Shown: positions 27,486-37,197 of the stretch, piece after piece
Layout: every line of letters starts with the position of its first letter
How positions within the stretch are numbered: the first letter of the stretch is position 1
From: Clostridia bacterium
GTDB taxonomy: Bacteria; Bacillota; Clostridia; UBA1212; UBA1255
NCBI GenBank assembly: GCA_017560225.1
Contig: JAFYOJ010000090.1
Span: forward strand, 1,386 to 65,385
Reading direction: 5' to 3'
DNA length: 64,000 bases
Notes under the pieces: model-generated
Told to the model about the DNA's origin: nothing
The model's input: the letters and a program-made list of their open reading frames with translations, nothing else
Databases searched by the model: none
Translations under genes and position numbers: made by a program

Positions 27486-29207
27486 TCACTCCGCTACAAA
27501 AATAAAGGGATAAACGTCCTGTCCGCCTTCCGTCAGATACAACTCAACTTCCGGATAATTGTCCTTTACAAAACTTTCCACGTTTTGTGCTTGTTCCGGT
27601 GCCACGCCGTGACCCACAAACGCGGTAACCACATAGAAGGAACCATCAGAAAGCATATGTTTCAAAAGTCCGCAGGCCGCTTCCGCCGCACAACTTTCAG
27701 ATACCAGCATTTCTTTGCCCACAAAACCGATATAATCGCCATTGTGAATTTCCACACCATTCAGCTGTGCATCCCGTACTGCAGGAGAAACGCAACCGGT
27801 GGCTACGTGTTTCATAGCCGTTTCCAACTGTTCCTTCAAGTCCATGGGATTCTCCACAGAAGTATCCATCGACGCAAGGGCTACGTACCCGCTACCTAAA
27901 TCCTTACTGCCAACAACGTAAACCGCAACGGGATTAAATTGATCTTCTTGATAAATTTCTGCAGCTTGCTGCGCTGCCAACATAATATTTCCGTTATTGG
28001 GAAATACAAAAATATGTTCTGCGGCAACTTGATCAAAGGCATCCAAGAAGTCTTGGATGGAGGGATTCTTGGTCTGGCCACCGTGAACAATTACATCCAC
28101 ACCTAAATCCGTAAAAATCTGTTCAATTCCGGCGCCGTTTGCAACAGCAATAGCACCATATTTCTTTCGTTTCACAGCAGGTTTGGAAGACGTTTCCTTC
28201 TTCGGTGCCGTTTCAGGCTTATCAATGGTTTCGCTGTGCTGCAAAGACATATTTTCAATTTTGACATTGATAAACTCACCAAATTGACGGCAGTACGCCA
28301 GCACCTTCTCCGGTGTCATAGTATGCACGTGAATCTTCACGATACTATCTGCCTTGAACGCCACGATAGAATCTCCGATTTCTTGCAAGAAAGCCGTAAG
28401 GGGCTCAATATTAAAAGTATCAATTTGCACTTTACTGTGCTGCAGTTGCACCAAAAGTTCCGTACAATATCCGTATTCCATCACGCTGTTCGGTCCAAAC
28501 GTATGGGCTTGGGGGGCAGGCTTCGCTTTTTCTTTCTTGCCACGACCGGCTTTCACTTCTTCTCCTTGAAGAATTTTATTAAAGCCTTCCATAATGTATA
28601 AAAGTCCGGCACCGCCGCTGTCAATGACGCCGGCTTCTTTCAAAGCTTCCAACAAATCCGGCGTACGAGCCAAAGATGCTTTCATCTCTTTCTCTAAATC
28701 CGAGAAAAGAGTTTGAATACTGCTCTTGGGCGTAATTCTGGAAACGGCATAGTCGACCGCCTCTCTGGCAACCGTAAGAATCGTCCCTTCCATAGGAGTC
28801 AGTACGGATGCGTACGCCTGCTTTACACCTTCTCGTAACGCGTTACCTACGGTGCCCACATCTGCCTTCTCACAAGTTGCAAGCCCTCTGCCCACGCCTG
28901 CAAAGAACTGGGAAAGAATAACACCGGAATTGCCCCGGGCACCCAACAACATACCTTTCGACAGTGCCTGAGATACCTCGCCTAAATTGCCGGAATCCAT
29001 CCCATCTAATGCCGCCACACCACCTTCAATGGTCATCCGCATATTATCGCCGGTATCACCATCGGGAACGGGAAACACATTCAAATTATTCACCGTATCC
29101 GCCTTGGCACTTAATCGAGCCGCACCACCCCGTAACATACGGGCAAAAGTCCAACCATCCAGAAAACGTGTGGTTTTCTGCTTCTTACTCTTCGTTTCTT
29201 TCTTCAT
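27486..29207 (-). CDS. DAK2 domain fusion protein YloV
   Basis: N-terminal Dak2 motif DGDTGDNM and a C-terminal DegV-like/DAK1-like domain. Confidence 0.8.
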   Translation of the reverse strand: MKKETKSKKQKTTRFLDGWTFARMLRGGAARLSAKADTVNNLNVFPVPDGDTGDNMRMTIEGGVAALDGMDSGNLGEVSQALSKGMLLGARGNSGVILSQFFAGVGRGLATCEKADVGTVGNALREGVKQAYASVLTPMEGTILTVAREAVDYAVSRITPKSSIQTLFSDLEKEMKASLARTPDLLEALKEAGVIDSGGAGLLYIMEGFNKILQGEEVKAGRGKKEKAKPAPQAHTFGPNSVMEYGYCTELLVQLQHSKVQIDTFNIEPLTAFLQEIGDSIVAFKADSIVKIHVHTMTPEKVLAYCRQFGEFINVKIENMSLQHSETIDKPETAPKKETSSKPAVKRKKYGAIAVANGAGIEQIFTDLGVDVIVHGGQTKNPSIQDFLDAFDQVAAEHIFVFPNNGNIMLAAQQAAEIYQEDQFNPVAVYVVGSKDLGSGYVALASMDTSVENPMDLKEQLETAMKHVATGCVSPAVRDAQLNGVEIHNGDYIGFVGKEMLVSESCAAEAACGLLKHMLSDGSFYVVTAFVGHGVAPEQAQNVESFVKDNYPEVELYLTEGGQDVYPFIFVAE

Positions 29208-29223
29208 AACCGACTGTTTCTCC

Positions 29224-30090
29224 TTATCGCTCTTTCCCTACGAAAAACAACGCAAGGGTACCGGGACCCGAATGGGCGCCAATAACCGGACCTACGTCGG
29301 AAACAACCTCTACATCTGCATTGTACTGTTCTTTCAACATTTTCTTTAAAAGCTCCACATCCTGCATACAATCGCCGTGAGAGATATAAACAGGCGCCTG
29401 GATGGAAGGGTCAACCAATTGGCCATACTGATCGGCCATTGCCTGCAAAGCCGCTCTTCTGCCCCGTACTTTAGACATGGGAATCAATTTACCCTCGTTA
29501 TCGACATGCATAACCGGCTTAATGCCCAACACGCCGCCAACAAAAGCCGCCGTGGGACTCACCCGTCCGCCGCGCTTAAGATATTGCAAGTCATCCACCG
29601 TAAACCAATGACATAATTTCAAACGTAAATCCGTTACATACTGCGCAACCGTCTCAATGGATGCACCGGTTTTCTTCTGCTGCACCGCCAAATAAATCAG
29701 AAGACCAACACCTGCAGACGCCGCCAAGGTATCCACTGTCAAAATCTTTCTATCCGGATACGCCGGAGCCAACTCCTGCGCAGCCAAGCGGGCAGAATTG
29801 TAGGTCGTACTAATGCCGGAAGAAAATCCCAGATAAAGGATATCTGTCCCGTTCTCCAAGTACGGTGCGAAAAGATTTTTGAAATCTTCCACGTTTACGG
29901 CCGAAGTCTTCGCCACACCACCGGCACGCATTTTTTGGTAAAAAGCCGCTGCGGGAAGCTCATTATTGTTGTATTCCTCCGGCTCCCCTTCAAATCGAAA
30001 ACGCAAACTGGCCGAGCCAACTTCCCAGTCACGCAATATAGTTTCGCTCATATCACAAGCCGAATCTGTACAAATCACATATGGGTTCAT
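29224..30090 (-). CDS. DegV family fatty-acid-binding protein
   Basis: DegV/EDD fold signature (ICTDSACDM..., SGISTTYNSA). Confidence 0.85.
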   Translation of the reverse strand: MNPYVICTDSACDMSETILRDWEVGSASLRFRFEGEPEEYNNNELPAAAFYQKMRAGGVAKTSAVNVEDFKNLFAPYLENGTDILYLGFSSGISTTYNSARLAAQELAPAYPDRKILTVDTLAASAGVGLLIYLAVQQKKTGASIETVAQYVTDLRLKLCHWFTVDDLQYLKRGGRVSPTAAFVGGVLGIKPVMHVDNEGKLIPMSKVRGRRAALQAMADQYGQLVDPSIQAPVYISHGDCMQDVELLKKMLKEQYNADVEVVSDVGPVIGAHSGPGTLALFFVGKER

Positions 30091-30250
30091 CTTTACACAA
30101 GCCCTCCTTGTTTTAATGTTCTTATTATAACGGAGTTATAAAGTGCCACGCAAGAGAATTTATCTCCCGACGTGTAAACGATTTGTTCCAGGTGCGTAGA
30201 ATTGTCAATTTCTTACTCTACCCCCGGTAGAAACCCGCACCAATAAAGGG

Positions 30251-30279
30251 TTGCAAAGAACAAAAAAATATGGGATAAT
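30251..30279 (+). promoter_or_regulatory. Sigma-70-type promoter for the divergent XRE-family gene (-35 TTGCAA, 17-nt spacer, -10 GATAAT)
   Basis: TTGCAAagaacaaaaaaatatggGATAAT about 20 nt upstream of the GAGGTG RBS and ATG 30300. Confidence 0.45.
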
Positions 30280-30299
30280 GTTGCAGTGAGGTGTTTTGT

Positions 30300-30899
30300 A
30301 TGGAGGATATGAAATCCATTATTGCCCAAAATATTATTCGTCTTCGCAAGAATGCCAATATGACACAGGCAGAGTTAGCAGAGAAATTAAGTTATACCGA
30401 TAAAGCGGTTTCAAAATGGGAGCGGGGCGAGTCTATTCCGGATGTGCTTGTATTAAAGAAATTAGCAGATTTATTTCAAGTTCGAGTGGACGATCTGCTG
30501 ACAGAATTCGACGAAACGCAAGTGTTCAAACAAACCGGCACCGGTCCCAGTATCCGCAATCACGGCTTTATTACAGGGATGAGTATCTTATTAGTGTGGT
30601 TGATTGCCACCTTGCTGTTTGTCATTTTTGAATCCGCTCCGGGCTTTCATGGGCATTGGCTTGCGTTTATTTACGCCATTCCCACCACGATGATCATTTG
30701 GCTGATTTTCAATTCCGTTTGGTTTAATCGCAGACGAAATTTCTTAATTGTATCGCTTTTAATGTGGTCCGTACTGGGTGCCTTGTATTTAAATTTATTA
30801 CTAGCAGGGCTTCACATTTGGTTATTGTTTGTATTAGGTATCCCCGGACAGATTATTATTTTAATGTGGTCCGGCATTCGGGGAAAAGGAAAGAAATAA
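30300..30899 (+). CDS. XRE-family HTH (Cro/C1-type) regulator fused to a 4-TM membrane domain
   Basis: N-terminal IRLRKNANMTQAELAEKLSYTDKAVSKWERGESIPD is a canonical HTH_XRE. The C-terminal half is hydrophobic. Start at ATG 30300 (GAGGTG RBS); 30291 lies inside the predicted 5' UTR. Confidence 0.7.
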   Translation: MEDMKSIIAQNIIRLRKNANMTQAELAEKLSYTDKAVSKWERGESIPDVLVLKKLADLFQVRVDDLLTEFDETQVFKQTGTGPSIRNHGFITGMSILLVWLIATLLFVIFESAPGFHGHWLAFIYAIPTTMIIWLIFNSVWFNRRRNFLIVSLLMWSVLGALYLNLLLAGLHIWLLFVLGIPGQIIILMWSGIRGKGKK

Positions 30900-30936
30900 T
30901 CCCCATTTTACACAACTCTACCACTAAACCGCAAAT

Positions 30937-30987
30937 AGAGCCGTCTTCTACCGCCGAGAAATCGGAAGCAGAAAGACGGCTCTTTTC
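30937..30987 (+). terminator. Intrinsic terminator (agagccgtctt ... aagacggctct TTTT)
   Basis: 11-bp stem followed by a T-tract, downstream of the XRE gene. Sits between convergent genes. Confidence 0.5.
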
Positions 30988-31005
30988 ATCGTCTAATCTT
31001 GAACG

Positions 31006-32361
31006 TTAAATTTTGATAACGCCCAAGCCTTCCAACACAGAGAAGCCCAATATTAACAAAATACATACCGGTGCAATATACTTAATCATAACGGTGAAAA
31101 GCGCTTTCGCACGGAACTTACCGGAAAGTTCCACTTCCTCAATGAGCGCTTTAGGTTTAATAATATAGCCAATAAAGATACAGGTGAGGAATGCCACAAT
31201 CGGCATAATTACGCTATTGCTGATGAAGTCAAAGAAGTCCAGGAAGGGCATTCCGATAATCTTCACACCATCCAACAAGCCGTAACCCATAGAAGACAGC
31301 GAACCGACTAAAAGGGCACCGCCCAATACAAGCAAACAAGTCTTCCTTCTGCCCCATTTCAACTTATCCTGGAAGATGGACACCACAGTTTCCATCAAAG
31401 AAATGGAAGACGTCAAGGCAGCCAAGAACACCAGTAAGAAGAAAGCAATGCCCAAATACACACCGCCCTTCATGCTGGCAAAGACTTTCGGCAGCGTAAC
31501 AAACATCAAACCGGGGCCTTTCCCCAAAGCATCAGGATCTCCACCGGAGAATGCAAACACCGCAGGAATAACCATCATGCCGGCGAGGAACGCAATACCG
31601 GTATCAAAAATCTCAATTTGGTGAACAGAAGATTCAATACCGACATCTTTCTTCATATAAGAACCATAGGTAATCATAATGCCCATAGCCAAAGACATCG
31701 AGTAGAACAACTGCCCCATGGCCGCCAGCACCGTCGTTACAGAGAAATGACTGAAGTCCGGCTTTAAGTAATAGCTAATACCGGCTTTCGCCCCCGGCAT
31801 ACAAGCTACATAAATTGCAATAATCAAAGTAAGGCCAACCAAAATGGGCATCATCCATTTGCTAACTTTCTCAATGCCTTTCTCCACGCCCAACATAACA
31901 ATCAAAGCCGTAATACCAATAAATACGCAAAACCAAATCAAAGGTTCTGCGGTTTGGGTAATAAATCCATCAAAATAGCCGGAATGTGCCGCCATAGCCG
32001 CATCGCCGGAAACAAAAGCGATTAAATATTTAATAACCCAGCCGCCGATGACGGAATAATAAGGTAAAATAATCATCGGTACAATGGATGCCAGATACCC
32101 AATAAAAGCATATTTCTTGTTCAGCGCCCGAAATGCACCAATGGCGCTTAAGCCGGTCTTTCTGCCCAAGGCAATTTCGCCTGCCATCAAAGCAAAGCCA
32201 AATGTAACCGACAAGATTAAATAGGTGAGCAAGAAAATACCGCCGCCGTACTGTGCCGCAAGATATGGAAATCTCCAAATATTGCCCAGACCCACCGCGG
32301 ACCCCGCGGCAGCAAGTACAAAACCGATCTTACCGGTAAAACTACTTCGATTATCGTTCAT
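31006..32361 (-). CDS. Neurotransmitter:sodium symporter (NSS/SNF) family transporter
   Basis: GLGNIWRFPY signature and 11-12 TM. Start moved to MNDNRSSF (AGGAG RBS); the track M1 is TTG. Confidence 0.85.
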   Translation of the reverse strand: MNDNRSSFTGKIGFVLAAAGSAVGLGNIWRFPYLAAQYGGGIFLLTYLILSVTFGFALMAGEIALGRKTGLSAIGAFRALNKKYAFIGYLASIVPMIILPYYSVIGGWVIKYLIAFVSGDAAMAAHSGYFDGFITQTAEPLIWFCVFIGITALIVMLGVEKGIEKVSKWMMPILVGLTLIIAIYVACMPGAKAGISYYLKPDFSHFSVTTVLAAMGQLFYSMSLAMGIMITYGSYMKKDVGIESSVHQIEIFDTGIAFLAGMMVIPAVFAFSGGDPDALGKGPGLMFVTLPKVFASMKGGVYLGIAFFLLVFLAALTSSISLMETVVSIFQDKLKWGRRKTCLLVLGGALLVGSLSSMGYGLLDGVKIIGMPFLDFFDFISNSVIMPIVAFLTCIFIGYIIKPKALIEEVELSGKFRAKALFTVMIKYIAPVCILLILGFSVLEGLGVIKI

Positions 32362-32427
32362 ATAACAACTCCTACAATCAACATCCAAAAACGAACCTAC
32401 TTATTATGCCATATTCCCCGGGAAAAC

Positions 32428-33489
32428 TCAACCCATTTTGCGTTTCAGGCGAATATCATCTCCGCAAAAACGAAGCACATCAAACGTGCCCAGTATTCGG
32501 GAGGCCACACGTTCTCCATAGGTATCAAATAAGTTCTTCGGTGTCATATTGGTGGTAATAATCGTCTTGCAAGGATGCTTTCGTCCATTTAATTCACGGG
32601 TATTCAGAATTTCCAACAATTCTTCATACCGGGTGGCAGTCTGTTTCTCCGAGCCCAAATCATCAATAATTAAAAGCTCTACGTTCAAAATTAAGTCTTT
32701 CAGCACTTGCAGCATCTCTTTCTCCTCATCGGAAGCAAACGCTGCCGCGGCAAAAGGCTTAAACAACGTAGAAACGGGCATATACAATACCGGAACACCT
32801 TGTTCCAGCAAACCGGAAGCCACACAACTACTGAAGAATGTTTTTCCCACGCCACTTCTGCCCACAAATAATAAATTGGGTGTATCGGAGCAGGTAAAAC
32901 GTTCCACAAATGTCTCACAAATCTCCTTCATCTTCAACATATGTTGGCGAGGAGATTGTGGGATTCCGTAAAGTTCCGCATTGGGTTCATCCGGATACAA
33001 TGAAGCGTCGAAACGTGCAAACGTATCTAAATCCGAAGGTAAATTCGCTTTCTCCCGTAATTTCTCCACTAAAATAATTTTTGCGCAGTTACAAGGAGTC
33101 CCCATAGGTGCATCTTTCAAGAAACCGGTATCGTCACACAACGTACACGTGAAAACAGGACGAAAATCTTGTTCCGTCAAGTGCAGCTGATCCAACAAAG
33201 CCTGCTTGCGCTGTTTCAGCCGTGCAACGGATGCTTCCACTTGCACCGCATTTCCTTGATCCAGTTCCGGCAGCAATTGTTTCATAGTTTCCACAACTTG
33301 ATTCGGCAAAGGTTTCCGCAATTTCAAATACACCCTTAGGATGTGCAACGCATTTAATTGTTCTTCGATATACTTCAGTTCCGGACATTGAACGTATGCT
33401 TTCTGACGCTTTGTTTCTCCCAGCGCTTTCGCCCGCGCCCTGCGTGCAGCAAATTCCTCCTGCAAAGCTTTTCGAATTTCGTGAATCAT
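32428..33489 (-). CDS. dnaI: DnaC/DnaI-type helicase loader (IstB-like AAA+ ATPase)
   Basis: Walker A GRSGVGKTF, Walker B LLIIDDLG, N-terminal Zn-binding Cys pairs (CTLCDDTG...CNC). ATGA overlap with the upstream DnaD-domain gene. Confidence 0.75.
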   Translation of the reverse strand: MIHEIRKALQEEFAARRARAKALGETKRQKAYVQCPELKYIEEQLNALHILRVYLKLRKPLPNQVVETMKQLLPELDQGNAVQVEASVARLKQRKQALLDQLHLTEQDFRPVFTCTLCDDTGFLKDAPMGTPCNCAKIILVEKLREKANLPSDLDTFARFDASLYPDEPNAELYGIPQSPRQHMLKMKEICETFVERFTCSDTPNLLFVGRSGVGKTFFSSCVASGLLEQGVPVLYMPVSTLFKPFAAAAFASDEEKEMLQVLKDLILNVELLIIDDLGSEKQTATRYEELLEILNTRELNGRKHPCKTIITTNMTPKNLFDTYGERVASRILGTFDVLRFCGDDIRLKRKMG

Positions 33490-34469
33490 TGAGAATCACT
33501 CTCCTTGTATAAACGGTTAAAGAAATCTTGGCTGTACTGACGTTGGCTATGGTTATCCTTCTGGGCCACATCCCCACTGCCGGAATTTCCGGTTCCACTC
33601 GGTTTCTTTCCACGCGCAGCAAGGTGCGCTTTCACATCTTGTGCCGTGCGCAATCCCAGGTCACACCAATCTTTCAAAATTTTCTCATACAGATTAAATG
33701 TAGGACGCGCAAAACCGGCGCCCTCTTTCAAAGCTAAGGCAATAATTTCCCAATTGTAGCCGTATGTATAGAACCAACGATGGACATATTCACTCTGATA
33801 ATCGGTAAGGGGTGCTTGGATATGTAACCTCTTCCGAATTTCCTTCCGAATCTTGTCAAATTCCTCATAAGAGCGGAAATACTGCTCTAATTGCTCCGCG
33901 GTGCGAATATGATGCTGCGCACCCCAGCTTTCTGCCACTTTTCGCATATAAGGTTTGGTAACTGCATTATTTTGGGCACAATGTTGGAAAAGCATAAATA
34001 CCACTTCCGGAGAAAAGCCGTATTTCCCAATCCATAAATCAATCTCACCATACCAAGAATTGGGCATCTGTCCTGAGAAGAAGCGATCACTCACAGCGCG
34101 AATCATTTGGGAACGTGCTTTATCCCCACCATTCTCAGCATCCTCATCCGGGCGTTTCGATGTGCGCGGCCGATAATTTCGGTCAATTTCTTTTCTGGCT
34201 AAGTTCTCCAAATAAATGGAACTACCTTCTGCTGTAACCACGCCGGCAGCACAAAGTTGCACCATCGCCGCATCAATGACAGAACCATCCACATTCAAAA
34301 TGGCCGCCATGGCGTCTTTGGTACATTTTCGACCGGTTTCAGTCAAATACAGCAAATACAAATAAACCTTTACTGAATTTCCATCCAGCATAGGCAAATA
34401 TTCCTCCATAAAAATATTGCTGATGGCGGTTGTATCCAATAATTCGTCTCGTTTCTTCTCTACTTTCAT
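33486..34469 (-). CDS. DnaD-domain replication initiation / membrane attachment protein (DnaB-like of Firmicutes)
   Basis: DnaD/DnaB C-terminal domain pattern, paired with dnaI as in the Bacillus dnaB-dnaI operon. The track M1 is GTG; ATG at M7 with GGAG RBS is used. Confidence 0.7.
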   Translation of the reverse strand: MKVEKKRDELLDTTAISNIFMEEYLPMLDGNSVKVYLYLLYLTETGRKCTKDAMAAILNVDGSVIDAAMVQLCAAGVVTAEGSSIYLENLARKEIDRNYRPRTSKRPDEDAENGGDKARSQMIRAVSDRFFSGQMPNSWYGEIDLWIGKYGFSPEVVFMLFQHCAQNNAVTKPYMRKVAESWGAQHHIRTAEQLEQYFRSYEEFDKIRKEIRKRLHIQAPLTDYQSEYVHRWFYTYGYNWEIIALALKEGAGFARPTFNLYEKILKDWCDLGLRTAQDVKAHLAARGKKPSGTGNSGSGDVAQKDNHSQRQYSQDFFNRLYKESDSQ

Positions 34470-34483
34470 CGTCCTTGCTCCAA

Positions 34484-35461
34484 TCACATATAGGGGGCCG
34501 TGCCCACCTTCACTGCATGCACCGTAAGTCTTCCTTTTGCACCACCATTAGGTCTATAGCACGTGGATAACGTCAGTACGTCATCCTCCGCGGTCAGTAC
34601 CGTATTGGTTTGAAATTTCGATTTCGCCCCTAAATCTTCAATGAAGGCCAAATAAGCCGCATCATCTCTAAAGTAGGTTTCTATATAATACTCGTCTGTG
34701 GTGGTAATGTAAACAGAATATACGCGCCACATGGTAATGCCTTCTTCTGTAAGCGTGTAAAGGTACCGATGACTGTCAAAGAAATCCTTTTGCAAATATC
34801 CGCGCAATTTCCCGAACACACTTAAATCATTCATGGTGTGGCCGTACACAATGGTATGCCCCTCCATGGTCACCGGATCACACCGATAGTCCAAGAAACA
34901 GGAACCGCTCACCAAATACTGCTTATAAATATTCTTATAAAGGTAGAAGTCGTTATCTTCCGCTTGCATTACATAGTAGCTCACTTCAGAGTCCGGAATA
35001 TGGAGCCAAAATTGAAAATCCGAATTGATTTCTTTCAATTTCTTTAAAGAATCAACAGAAGGAAGCTCCTTTGCCGGATAAGTAACTCGCTCCGGTGTAG
35101 CTAATGGGTAGGACGGCGGTGTGCGTTCCGGCGTAGAAAAAGGTTCCTCCGTAGTCTTCGCAATCAACTGATCAATCTCACTGCGGTGTTCGTTGCCTTC
35201 CACGCTGCCCTTATAATTCTCGCCCAACTGCCCAATGGAGAATAACATAATCGCCAGCATGAGGGATTGGATAAAAATATAGATTGCTTGAGAACGGCGC
35301 TTCTTCTCTGCCAGCTGTCGCATCCGCAATCTTCTGCGGGCCGCATCATGTTCATTAAACCCTTCCACACGACGAATGGCCAAAGTGTAGGATTCTTTCG
35401 TGGGTTTCAACCGTTTTCCCGAGAAAGCCACAATTTTCTTCAATCGAAGCATTTTCTTCAT
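34484..35461 (-). CDS. srtB: Class B sortase
   Basis: N-terminal TM anchor, catalytic His (VYGHTMND), TLSTCY Cys motif and conserved Arg (GRLTVHAV). Overall SrtB-type length and layout. Confidence 0.8.
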   Translation of the reverse strand: MKKMLRLKKIVAFSGKRLKPTKESYTLAIRRVEGFNEHDAARRRLRMRQLAEKKRRSQAIYIFIQSLMLAIMLFSIGQLGENYKGSVEGNEHRSEIDQLIAKTTEEPFSTPERTPPSYPLATPERVTYPAKELPSVDSLKKLKEINSDFQFWLHIPDSEVSYYVMQAEDNDFYLYKNIYKQYLVSGSCFLDYRCDPVTMEGHTIVYGHTMNDLSVFGKLRGYLQKDFFDSHRYLYTLTEEGITMWRVYSVYITTTDEYYIETYFRDDAAYLAFIEDLGAKSKFQTNTVLTAEDDVLTLSTCYRPNGGAKGRLTVHAVKVGTAPYM

Positions 35462-35487
35462 CTATATTTCAACCTCCCTTCTGACCT

Positions 35488-37029
35488 TTATTCATAGATT
35501 CTGGTAATCAGACAATCTGCATACGCAGCTTCCGCCCAATTAGTCACAATCATAGACTGCAAACTCTCTCCATAGCACTCTACGGAATAAATTTGCTTCA
35601 CATCACTAAAATCCAATGTTTCAATTTGATTATAACTGCATCGCAAATAGCGAATTTTTGCAAAGAGAGTCACATCCAATTCCGTCAAAGAACAGGATGC
35701 ACAGTCCAATTGTTCCAAGGAAGCAAATGTATCCAATTGAATCGATGTAACACTTTCATTCTCCGCTATGCGAAGAGTAACCAAAGATGGTAATGTTTCT
35801 CCCGTAATCTCCGTTTCCTCAATGGCAGTATCGGAACAATCTAAATATTGCAATTTAGATACTTCACTGTAATCCAACCACCCCAACGGCGTTCCACGAT
35901 AACTCAGCGTAACCAATTCCGGCACTGCGTAAAATGGAATCTCCGTCAACTGTGTTTCTTCTACAATCAAACGCTTCAATCCGGGCACGTTGGTCAAATC
36001 CAACGTTTCCAACGGAGTGGAAGAAATTTCCAATTCCACCAAATCCGTCAGCCCCACCGGCGCAAACTCTGTCAATACCGCATTTCGAATCGTAAGAGAA
36101 GATAATGCGGTAAATTTCTGCAAATCCCGCTCCGGAAGCGTCAACGTACAATCTTCAATGTGCAACGCGGTAATGACCTGCAAATCCCGTCTTAATACCT
36201 GACTATCCTGTGTGTACTGGTCATAACGGCCATCCGTGTTATGCTTTAATAAGAATTCAATAGCAGCTTTGCGAATCCCTTCATTTTGAAGCTCCACCAC
36301 ACTGAGCCCATCCATAATCGCCTCGTATCCGGTGAAAGGAACTTCTTTATTGGACAATCGAGAACCGGTGATCTCCGGCGCCAAAATTTGTCCATATAAA
36401 TATGTATCTTGGCAAGTAACGGTGGCATAGGGCGCCAGTAATGTTCCGGTAAAAATGCAATTGGTTAAATCCACCGAAGTAGCTTCATAACAATTAATCA
36501 GCACCCGGGAAGCATACCGCACAGAATCATCTCGAGAAAGTATGTAATAATCAGACAGATCAATTTCTTCCCCCGCTAAATTAACCACCACATAGAAATA
36601 ATTATGTTCGGAATTCATCCAAATGTGGTCAAAATTTTGAAGGGTGAAATCATTCTCACACAACGCATTGCTATCTGCGTGAAAGATACTAAACTCCGGA
36701 TTTTCTTTCGAGATAAAATATAGGCCGCCCTTCTCCCCCTTGGAAGAAGCATCCTCCGTCAATTCGGTCCAAACCTCTGCCGTAGCGTCCAAAGAGGCAT
36801 AAGCTTCTGAAAGTTCTTTGTAGTTCAAGGCGCCGGAAAGCACATCGGAAGCAGCGTCACCTACAGAGGCGTTTACAACACTGTCCCCGCGCAACAAAAC
36901 GTTCTCGTATAAGTGCACACCGTAAGACAGTACCACCATAACAAACACCAGTACAACCAGTGTTAGAAGCGTCAGTACAGTATCCATCTTATGCTGTTTC
37001 AAAAAAGCAATTATCGGTTTCCGTTTCAT
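35488..37029 (-). CDS. Membrane-anchored leucine-rich-repeat (LRR) protein
   Basis: N-terminal TM (LTLLTLVVLVFVMVVL), then 10 or more LxxLxLxxN/CxxL repeats (LTELDVTLFAKIRYLRCSYNQIETLDFS...). Start set to ATG M15; the track M1 is TTG. Confidence 0.6.
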   Translation of the reverse strand: MKRKPIIAFLKQHKMDTVLTLLTLVVLVFVMVVLSYGVHLYENVLLRGDSVVNASVGDAASDVLSGALNYKELSEAYASLDATAEVWTELTEDASSKGEKGGLYFISKENPEFSIFHADSNALCENDFTLQNFDHIWMNSEHNYFYVVVNLAGEEIDLSDYYILSRDDSVRYASRVLINCYEATSVDLTNCIFTGTLLAPYATVTCQDTYLYGQILAPEITGSRLSNKEVPFTGYEAIMDGLSVVELQNEGIRKAAIEFLLKHNTDGRYDQYTQDSQVLRRDLQVITALHIEDCTLTLPERDLQKFTALSSLTIRNAVLTEFAPVGLTDLVELEISSTPLETLDLTNVPGLKRLIVEETQLTEIPFYAVPELVTLSYRGTPLGWLDYSEVSKLQYLDCSDTAIEETEITGETLPSLVTLRIAENESVTSIQLDTFASLEQLDCASCSLTELDVTLFAKIRYLRCSYNQIETLDFSDVKQIYSVECYGESLQSMIVTNWAEAAYADCLITRIYE

Positions 37030-37048
37030 GTACCTCTCCCAAAATGAT

Positions 37049-37138
37049 CTAACCGTCGTTATGGGCCGCAACCATCAGTGCCATTACAAAAACACCCATA
37101 AATCCGCCAATCAGAAGCCCACAAAAAAATTGTAACAT
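37049..37138 (-). CDS. Putative 29-aa hydrophobic micropeptide (MLQFFCGLLIGGFMGVFVMALMVAAHNDG)
   Basis: ATG preceded by GAGGTG RBS (6-nt spacer) in the cpsB-LRR intergenic region. Single predicted TM helix. Not in the ORF track (below the size cutoff). Confidence 0.3.
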   Translation of the reverse strand: MLQFFCGLLIGGFMGVFVMALMVAAHNDG

Positions 37139-37197
37139 ACAAACACCTCGGCTTACAACAGAAAATTCCTTCCTATTCTGTCCCTTCCGAGGGCGTA

